In this document: positions 43,932 to 52,800 of the stretch, piece by piece
Position numbering within the stretch: position 1 is the stretch's first letter
Layout: each line of letters starts with the position of its first letter
IMG/VR virus record: IMGVR_UViG_3300040801_001224
Coordinates: 1 to 64,000 of that record
Reading direction: 5' to 3' (one strand)
Length of the DNA stretch: 64,000 nucleotides
Position numbers and translations under genes: made by a program
The notes under the pieces: model-generated
What the model saw: only the letters and a program-made list of their open reading frames with translations
The model's database searches: none
Told to the model about the DNA's origin: nothing

Positions 43932-45426
43932 TTATTTTTTTCTCCAATTCGTTGATCATATCCATCATCTTATTCATTTTTACTTCTTGACTTGATAGTC
44001 TTCTGCGTAAATTCTCATTCTCTTTTGATAATTCTTTCACTGCGTTTATTAGTGGCAGAACAAACATTTCACGACTAACACCCTGTGTTTTATCCTTGTC
44101 GCTGTTTACTATGTGTCCGCCAAAAGTATCACAACCTGCGTCGTCTAATGACTTCTTAACGTCCTGCGCGATTAAGCCGTGCATCACAGTTTTTGTATCA
44201 ATCTGGTAATCTTCACGTTCTTTCCAAGTATAAGTTACTGGTCGTAAGCTATTAATGAAGTCTAAACCTAGATTATCATCTTGAATGTTTGTCTTAAAAC
44301 GTTCGTCTGAAGTACTAATCCAAGAACCAGACGTTAGGAAGTTTGCGTATATATGGCCACTTGCGTTACCAATATGTACACGGCCGTCTGCTGTGCCGTC
44401 AAGGCCGTGACCAATAACAATCTGATCAGAACCATTGATACTTGAATCTGCACTGTTACCAATAATAATGTTGTCGCTTAAACTATTGCTTAAACCCGCA
44501 AAGTGACCAATGGCAATGACATCATCAGCTGATACTAAGTTACTTCCTGCTCGTGTACCTATGGCAGTATTATCGTTGCCCGACACTGAAGCAGATAGTG
44601 CTTGCGCTCCGATGCCAACATTGTCTTTGCCCTGTGAATTCGCCATTGAAAACGCACCGATAGCAACAGACCCTGAATGATCAAAGTTTTCTGGGTTGGC
44701 TTGTTCCATTGACTTGTAGCCAATGGCAACGTTTAGATATGAATCAGTCATCTCTTCAGCCGCTTGTGAGCCAATGACTGTGTTTTTATTTCTTCTAAAA
44801 GTTAGGCCTGGGTTACCCCAAGCAGGGAATCCACCAACTAGGTTACGTCCTGCTCTAAATCCTACTGCCACCGTATTGTCATTTGCTACAGTATTCACTA
44901 ATGATTCTGCACCAATTGCCACACACGCCCATGTATCTGCTATTGCCGGATTGCCCAGAGCATTCCAGCCCACCGCTGTATTAGATGTTTCAATGTTTAC
45001 GGTAACGTCAGCCGGTTGGTGACCCGGAATACCAAGGCCTGAATATTTAACACCACCTGACGTCCATTCTGTACCATCATTAATGTATAGTAGATCTGTG
45101 TCAGGGTTATACCATAATGAGCCCGCATCGCCTGTTGGTTCAGTTGTTGATACTGAAGCATCACCACCGATTGGAATAAACGCTGAGCCGTTATATACCT
45201 GTAAGCTTTCTGTCGCAGTATTGTACCACAGCTGACCCAATGTCGCACCTGATGGTGGAACATTGTGGGCAAAGTTTTCAAGCTGATGGAAGAATGCTGT
45301 GGCAACTTCATCGCCATAGCCAATGTAATTCTGTCCTACCAATGGTATACTGAAATCAGTATTTACAGTATTGTCTTGAATACTGAAGTTTGATACGCCA
45401 TCGCTCTTTGTAATAATATATGCCAT
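43924..45426 (-). CDS. tail fibre with C-terminal intramolecular chaperone (peptidase S74)
   Basis: N-terminus paralogous to the 42865 gene; N.A(I/V)G repeats; SDERFKTNI...LRPVTY...GLIAQDV and a coiled coil. Confidence 0.88.
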   Translation of the reverse strand: MAYIITKSDGVSNFSIQDNTVNTDFSIPLVGQNYIGYGDEVATAFFHQLENFAHNVPPSGATLGQLWYNTATESLQVYNGSAFIPIGGDASVSTTEPTGDAGSLWYNPDTDLLYINDGTEWTSGGVKYSGLGIPGHQPADVTVNIETSNTAVGWNALGNPAIADTWACVAIGAESLVNTVANDNTVAVGFRAGRNLVGGFPAWGNPGLTFRRNKNTVIGSQAAEEMTDSYLNVAIGYKSMEQANPENFDHSGSVAIGAFSMANSQGKDNVGIGAQALSASVSGNDNTAIGTRAGSNLVSADDVIAIGHFAGLSNSLSDNIIIGNSADSSINGSDQIVIGHGLDGTADGRVHIGNASGHIYANFLTSGSWISTSDERFKTNIQDDNLGLDFINSLRPVTYTWKEREDYQIDTKTVMHGLIAQDVKKSLDDAGCDTFGGHIVNSDKDKTQGVSREMFVLPLINAVKELSKENENLRRRLSSQEVKMNKMMDMINELEKKINE

Positions 45427-46025
45427 TAGTTAACTTGAATCCTTAATGAATATTCAATTTCAATCTCACGGTTTGCCGCTTTTTTAACTGGGTGGAATAG
45501 TACATGCGTTAACATTAGTCCATATGGACTTCCCACTTCACCTGCTGAGTAAAGAGCAATTTCGTCAAATACGTAGTCACTATCGAAGCTCGCTGGATTA
45601 GTATCCGAACCGTCTGAAGCGTCTTGGTCTGCTGGCTCACCGTATGTCAATGTGCAGGTAACAACAATGTCAGTGTAGTTAGATGTGCTTTCTACAACTT
45701 CAATGAAGTTTTCTGCATCGTTTACGCTTACGTCTTTCTTATATGTTTCGTTATATAGTGCCGCAGTTTCGTCTTTAATATCAGAAACGTTAGCTGGCTT
45801 ATACGCAATAGCACCTGTAGCGTCAATTTGTGTGCCACCGTTACCAAATACCATGTACTTAAGATGTGCTGTGGTAAGTCCTGCTAATGACTCCGCTAGA
45901 GCGTTAGCCATGTTGCCGTTGTGTATAGCATTTGGTGAGTCTGCTAGAATTTGACCCGTATGCTTATCTCTTATAATAAGATGACCTTTTACAAAAGGAT
46001 TTACATTATCTTTTGGCATTGCCAT
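45426..46025 (-). CDS. virion structural protein (baseplate associated)
   Basis: NAIH, FGNGGT, VFDEIAL, LTHVLFHPVKK..NR..EIEYSLRI. Confidence 0.75.
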   Translation of the reverse strand: MAMPKDNVNPFVKGHLIIRDKHTGQILADSPNAIHNGNMANALAESLAGLTTAHLKYMVFGNGGTQIDATGAIAYKPANVSDIKDETAALYNETYKKDVSVNDAENFIEVVESTSNYTDIVVTCTLTYGEPADQDASDGSDTNPASFDSDYVFDEIALYSAGEVGSPYGLMLTHVLFHPVKKAANREIEIEYSLRIQVN

Positions 46026-46678
46026 CCTCCGCTATTCTGATATATGTATGAATATCTATGTCCATTTTCTTTGCACCATTTAGTTAGGTTGAAAACAACA
46101 AACGTTTCACCATCGGGGTTAGTGACTTGCCATGTTTTCGACGACCTTTTAATTCTTCTCTTTATTTCTTCCTGCGAATGTTTAAAACCAGTCACTGGGT
46201 GTTCTTTACCAAATTTGCCAGTATATGGGTTCGATCTAGATTCTTTCCATTTTTCTTTAGTAGAATCCTTGACCTTTTTACCAAACATCGGGTTGCCTTC
46301 ACCCATTCTCGATTCACTCAAATTTCGAACAAATTCCTTAGAACGCTTTCTCCCTTTATGGCTTGGTGGCCTGGCATCCTTACACAAGTTAGTGAGTATT
46401 CCGCCTTCGTTTCTTATCCCATATTTTTCAATAAGCGATGTTTCATAGTCATACGCTTCTTTTTCGCTATTAAATTCTGCAACAATTCTACTCTCAGGCC
46501 ACTGGGATGTTTCATTAAATATTTGATTTATGACATTCTCTTTATATTTATTTCCAGTATCCATTCCTAATTGAGTTAAATACACATGTCTATCTTTTCT
46601 ATCACCACATCCTTTGCCCACATAAAAGGGTTCGCCTGTCCTGTGATCTATTAGTTCATAAACATAATATAAATTCAT
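46001..46678 (-). CDS. GIY-YIG homing endonuclease with NUMOD3-like tail
   Basis: YYVYELID...PFYVGKG; start MNLYYVY after SD GAGGA. Confidence 0.88.
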   Translation of the reverse strand: MNLYYVYELIDHRTGEPFYVGKGCGDRKDRHVYLTQLGMDTGNKYKENVINQIFNETSQWPESRIVAEFNSEKEAYDYETSLIEKYGIRNEGGILTNLCKDARPPSHKGRKRSKEFVRNLSESRMGEGNPMFGKKVKDSTKEKWKESRSNPYTGKFGKEHPVTGFKHSQEEIKRRIKRSSKTWQVTNPDGETFVVFNLTKWCKENGHRYSYIYQNSGGWQCQKIM

Positions 46679-46679
46679 T

Positions 46680-46796
46680 CTATCCTCGTTTTTCCAGTAT
46701 AGTTTTATTCTTGGTCTTGTCCTTGATAACGATTTTATCAATAACTTTGCCATCAATTAGTAGAGTATTCTTGTTGTCTTTTTTATTTGTAATCAT
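46680..46796 (-). CDS. 38-aa protein (not in ORF track)
   Basis: MITNKKDNKNTLLIDGKVIDKIVIKDKTKNKTILEKRG; ATG 6 nt after ATAAATA; resembles the N-terminal strand of the 45426 gene. Confidence 0.6.
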   Translation of the reverse strand: MITNKKDNKNTLLIDGKVIDKIVIKDKTKNKTILEKRG

Positions 46797-46822
46797 TGCT
46801 ATTATTTATCACTCTTTTCCTT

Positions 46823-49800
46823 CTATGGGCATCCGCGGAGGAATGTGCCAATATTTGTGCCTGATAGTGCTAATGTGTTAGGTAATCCATACACAATGCT
46901 CGCAAAATTGTCTGTCCATAATGCCTGTTCACCGCCAATAATCATTTCACTCTCACCGCCAATCCAGACATCTGTTCCTGCTGGGCGTATTGAAATCTCC
47001 GCCGTATTACGTTCTGCTCTGTTGACACCAACCAGTGTGTTTCCATCAATGCCACGGTATGTAATCTTTTCCTGTCCAATCCAGGCAACCTGCGGTGTTG
47101 CTACAGTTGCTTCAGGCATTACAGACGCATCAGTTAATTCTACTTCAATGTCACCCTGGGCAAAGTCTGCGGCTAATGTCGTATTACAGCGTGATTTGCG
47201 TTCATAAGTCATTAACCCTGACATGTTTACATGCTGGCGATAATTAACCTCTGGGTAGTCAATCTCCACTGTTGATCCTGTCTGATCTGGTTCTCCGTCA
47301 AACTGGATTGCTAGGAAACTGTTATCCCAATCCTCTGAGCCACTGTCCCAGGCTTCCTGATCCCAGGCTTCTGGTTCTTCAAAAGTATAATCAGTGCGTG
47401 GAACACCGTCTACACGTACTTCTGTGAAGCCACGTACTACAGGGTATTCACCAATATTTGAACCCGGCAATGTAACCGTTACCCCCTGTGTCCTAACGTC
47501 TAACACGACGCCTTCGTGCATCTTCATTGGTACGAGCTCTTGTGGATTACCCGCCCTGTATAATGGGTCTAGGAAGAAATCGCCTTCAGGAAGTATAACT
47601 TCATATATGTCAATGACATCTGTTGGCAGTAGATCTTCAGCCATAATATAAACAGTTGAGTTGTAGATATAGTAGTTTAGTAACTGTTCACCATTTAAGT
47701 AAACACCCATAACACTGTAATCAATATCCTGTGTGGCCGTTTCAGTTGACAGATCAAACTCAACAGTGCCTGGAGATATGCTATCAACAAACTGATCACC
47801 AGTTAAACTTAATAGTGGTGCTCCTGGTTCAAATGTGTCTGGCACTAGGCCGGCTGCTTCATAATAAACTACAGGTGCGTCACCATCCCAATCTTCTTCG
47901 TCAAATGGAAGTATGTCCCATGGAATGCTTGGCGTAATGAAGTCATCAGCGTTAATGTAGTTGATCCATTCCTGGCATTCGTACCCTGGCAGTTCATCTT
48001 CAGCAAGCTCTGGGCATTCAACTCTGTTGAATCTCATCTTAACAAGTTTGTTGTCAAATTCAGTAACAGTTGCTTCCACTAGATCAAGTGTCTTAAATGC
48101 GTTCTTGTAATCACGCACTTTGGATTGGTAAGGTTTAACTTCATTAACATATTCAAGTAAACTTTCAAATGGATCATTAACTAGCGTAGGAGCCTGCTCT
48201 AAAGGTATAGCTTCCTGGTTTAGTGTAACATATGTTGTTTTAAACACCCAATCCACATCCTTCTGTTCTGACAGCACATAGTTGATCATAGCAAACATTA
48301 GCTCGTTCTGCTTGACAAAGTCATCACCAATAAATACGTGATTACGCATTGCGTCTAATATTTCACGTAACTCAGAGCGTAAGTCTTCCAGTATATAATC
48401 AGTATAAAGTGTTGACAAGATCTCCACATTACCTTCGTCATTGATAATCCAGTAATTGCTTGTTGAAACCCAGTTACTAAAATCAGTAGCATCGAATGAT
48501 TCCATGTTAGCAAATAAATCGTTTGCTTTTTGTGTGAATACTTTTCTTGCCGCTTGCTTGTCAATGAACCATGACTGACGTGGCCTGTTTTCAGTACCAT
48601 ATTTTTCAGCAACACTTAACGCCGGGTTAGGCACTGCTAATTGATATAGTGTTTCACCTGGGTTGTCATCGTCAGTACCCAGTAGGTAAGCCCCTGGCAG
48701 ATTAACAATGTATGGCATATCTGCTGTTGATATAGTCTTAGTAAACCCAACCAAAGAGTCAGTCATCTTGTCCCAGTGTATGTCTTTAACCGGTGAGTTT
48801 CTGTTACCATCACCCATTAGATACCACTCAACGTGTAAGTTAGTATCTTTATCAGTATCTTTATAGTTGATCTGGAATACTGCCTCGTTATTCTCGAACA
48901 AATCTTCTAAGTTAGCAAACACAAACTTGTCTGTGTCAATTGGTGAGAACCATTGGTAACCCTGTGCTTTAGGATTATTCATTAGCTGTTCTATATTAGC
49001 AATACTTAATGTACGGTTCTTGTCGTTTTCTGGACGAGTAGCCAAACCACGAACCCAGAAGTAATAGTAATTAACTTCAAAACCTGCGTCATCATTAAAC
49101 ACAGACTCAACAGTATAATCAGTCGTGTTTCTTGGTGTTCCAGCGCCATCATAGCTTGCTGGTGGATTTAAACTTTCAACCCATTCGTAAACAGATAGAT
49201 CACTTCCTGGAACTTGCTTGCCCCAACGTTCCCTTCTGTAACGCATGTCATCTTGTTCATAATCGTAATAAGCAAACGAGCTTAAGTCTAACCATGTCTT
49301 GCCCACGTCACGTTTTGTAAAGCGTAGTGACTCGTTTATTCTCGACTCGTTGTCTGAGTTTGTATAACGTGCTGGGTCAGTATATGACTTGATGTCAATG
49401 TTTTGTTCTGCTATACCTGGAATAAATCCTTTGACAGGGTCATATATATTGACTAGCGCAAGCGTGTCTTTTGTATCTGCTTCATATACAAATGCGTTCT
49501 TAATGATTTTTGTGTTGACACGTTGGTTATCCCAACGTCTAACCGCTGTAAACTCAGTTGCTGTGGCAGTATATACAGTAGAGTCATCCTCAACATATAG
49601 TATGTCGCCTTCAAAGCCAGGGTCAAATGCTGGCAGTACTGTAAATCTTCTGCTAGAAAATACTTTAACTTCGTCAGTTAACTCAAAGTCTGTAAGTTGT
49701 ACCTCTTCGCCTGTTGCGTCAAATAATTTTAATGGGCCTAGAGAATCTGACTGTCTTTCATAACGGTAAACGATGTCATTAACAACAACGTAACCATAAT

Positions 49801-52800
49801 TTATAATTTGTCCTGAACCAGCAGTATCATCAACATAAAAACCAAAGTCATTGTTGTTCTCAATTGTTGGTGCGAACAGTATTGTGTTGCCATCATTTAA
49901 TTGTGATATAGACATTGTTCCATTGCCATAATCAGTGACAAGGTTATATATGTCCCATGTATCGTTAAGTGTGCGGGCTATACCAACATTAACGTAATCT
50001 GTTACATTAGTGCTTACTAATGAATCACCGCTAAATGTTAGTTCACTTAAGTCTTTAGTGTTCAGTGGACCTGCTGTTGGCATTACTGCCATTGGTTCGA
50101 TCATGCTCCATAGCCCAGTCTTATCACAGCCACGTGTTGGTTTTGTTAACCAACTTTCAGTGTCATCCTTGTCGATTAATACTAGATCATCTGCTGGATC
50201 ATCTTCAGTGACTTCATATCCTAAAATAGCAATAGCACGGTCTACACCACCATCCCAGGGTAGTGCTGACCAACCATCAGGTTCAACTGACGGATCCCAC
50301 TCCACTAAAGGAATGTAAACGTTAGGTTCCTGTGTATAGCCTGAACCTGGATGTGTTACTTCAATACTTGCCACTTTGCCGTCATCACCCAGTATAGCAA
50401 CGGCTTGGGCGTGATCTGTAATTGGATTAGTTTCATTAATGGAAGGTCTTATTTCAATTAATGGTGGCTCGCTGTATGTTGATTCAACATTAACTAGCAC
50501 AACTTCCTTAACAAAACCAGATGTTTCTGGGTTAATATCTAGCTGAACAATCTGTGGATTTGTTTTAATTTGTCTAGGATCAATAGCTAGGTCTAACTGC
50601 TGTGTTGTACACGTAGCGCCTGAATGGCCTAAACGTAACGCAAATTCTTCAAACACCTCAATAGTCTGATCAGTGCCATCTACAATGTTTGTAGAGCGTA
50701 GGATTTTATTAATCGCATCCTCTGTACCCTTCTGTCTCACAACGCCCTGGTAGAACTGATACTGCGTATCCTGGCGGATGTCTAGATCAACTAAGTAATC
50801 TCTATTCTCAAAGCCAATAATGTGACGTGCTGTATCCTCAACTTCCTGTCTGTCTAAACGTGATTCTGTATCGTGGAATCTACGGATGGATTCAGCAAGT
50901 GTATCCAAGTTTGGAATTAAGCGGTTGTCATCTGTGATAACATAACCAGGTGCTTCACGCTTACCACTCCAGTCTAGGGTACGTGGACCAATGAAACGTA
51001 GGCGGTTTTGTCTAACACCTAGCAATGGATCGTAAATAATGTCTGCGAATGATGTCTTGTTATCAAATGTCACACGATGTTCTGTTTCAGTAGCGTACAC
51101 ACGTAATAGGTATATGCCACGCTGATCTTGGTTCAATGGCTTAACATTTACCGTAAAGTCATCACGCTCAACAACTAGGTCTTTGGCTTTAATCTCAAAT
51201 CCATTTTCGTCTAATATACTGTATACACCGTTGTATTGTATTTTCAAGTCACCTGCGTATCCACGTGCTAGGTCTAGTTTTGTGTAACGACTCGATGGGC
51301 TCAGACGTATTGCTTGACCTGGTGCCCAGTTTGCTGTTACCCAGAATAAGTATTCCTTGGCAGACTCTAGCCAATTCTGTAAGCGGTAATTTATGTTATC
51401 TGTTTCATCAAATTTCCATCCAACAGCTTCTAAATAGTCACCATAACCGATTAAGAAATCAAATACTTCTTGTTCTGTTTGGAAAATTGTACCATAAGGG
51501 ACTGTCTGTATTACGCCCTGCTGGCCACGCTTTGTGTATGAAACTTCAATACCACCTGTTGATGGCAACTTGCTTAATCTATTCCAGTTGTCATCATCGA
51601 AACTTCCAGGTGCTAGGTCTTCTTTAGCAGAATAATAGACACCATTGTATTTTACAATGTCGCCTTTCTGGTACGCGACACCTCGGTCGAATAATGTAAA
51701 TGGTGCTTCGTCATTGCCCACTCTTACTTCTTGTTTAGGAGCAAACTGATCACGTGGAATAATCTTAAAGTTATTGCTGATGATGTCGTAACCGAAGACT
51801 CTGTAAGAGCCATCTTCTTGAGCCAACACAACAACGCCTGAATATGTGTATTCATCAATAGCAGGTGATGTGTGTATGTTTGTCTCAACGTTTTCTTTTG
51901 GAATTAATAATCCGTTTGTAGTTGACTCAGCACTTGTTCCTTCTAGGAATGTTTCAATAGTATCTGGGTTAGTGAAGCCGCCCATCTTATGCCCTAGCTT
52001 AACGCCTAAACGTCTTACTTTGTCGCCTAGTTCTGATTTAATTGTGCGAGCGTTGAAGAATAGACCATCAGCAATCCATTGTTGATAACCTTCTCTGTAT
52101 ACTAATTCGCCATCAATTAATTCACCATGTACTGATAGTGAACTGTACTTTCTTCTGTCCAAAGTTTCTGCGCTGATATGTTGCGACGGTTGCGCTAATG
52201 ATGTTGCGTTGTCGTTCGTATCCCAGAATCTGTAACCAAATTGTGCTGGACGCATAAGGAATAAGAATTCCATTACTGCGAACGGATAAACTTCTGTGTT
52301 CATCCAACCTGATTCGGTAGGAGCTTGGTCACCAATTAACCAACTGTTATCGCTGTTAGTCGTTAGAACGTAGTCAATATCAATTTCATCTGGTGATAAC
52401 AGATCACCACTGGCGTCAACAGGTATTACCATTCCTGGACGAGCAAAGCGTGAGTCAACGCCTTGGCGTGAGCCCATTCGTATGATGCCAGCTTCTAAAT
52501 CGGACCACATGCCAGTATTAGTACTTGTGTAATTTCCTAGATACTGAACGTCCCACCAGTCCGGCTTCTTAGCAAAGCCTAGCATCTCCCATGGGTGAGT
52601 GTGAGGGCGGAATGTATCATAGAAGTATTGGTATAACCCTTTCCAGTGTCCAGGTACGCCATGCTCACTGTAGTTCCAGGTCTTCCAATCACCTGCGTCA
52701 AACGTTGTGTTGTCTTGCCATTGGGCGTTAACATTGTTCGACCATTTGCTGAATGACTGACTATAAACAGAAACATATTCACCATAGCTGTATTGCGTAT

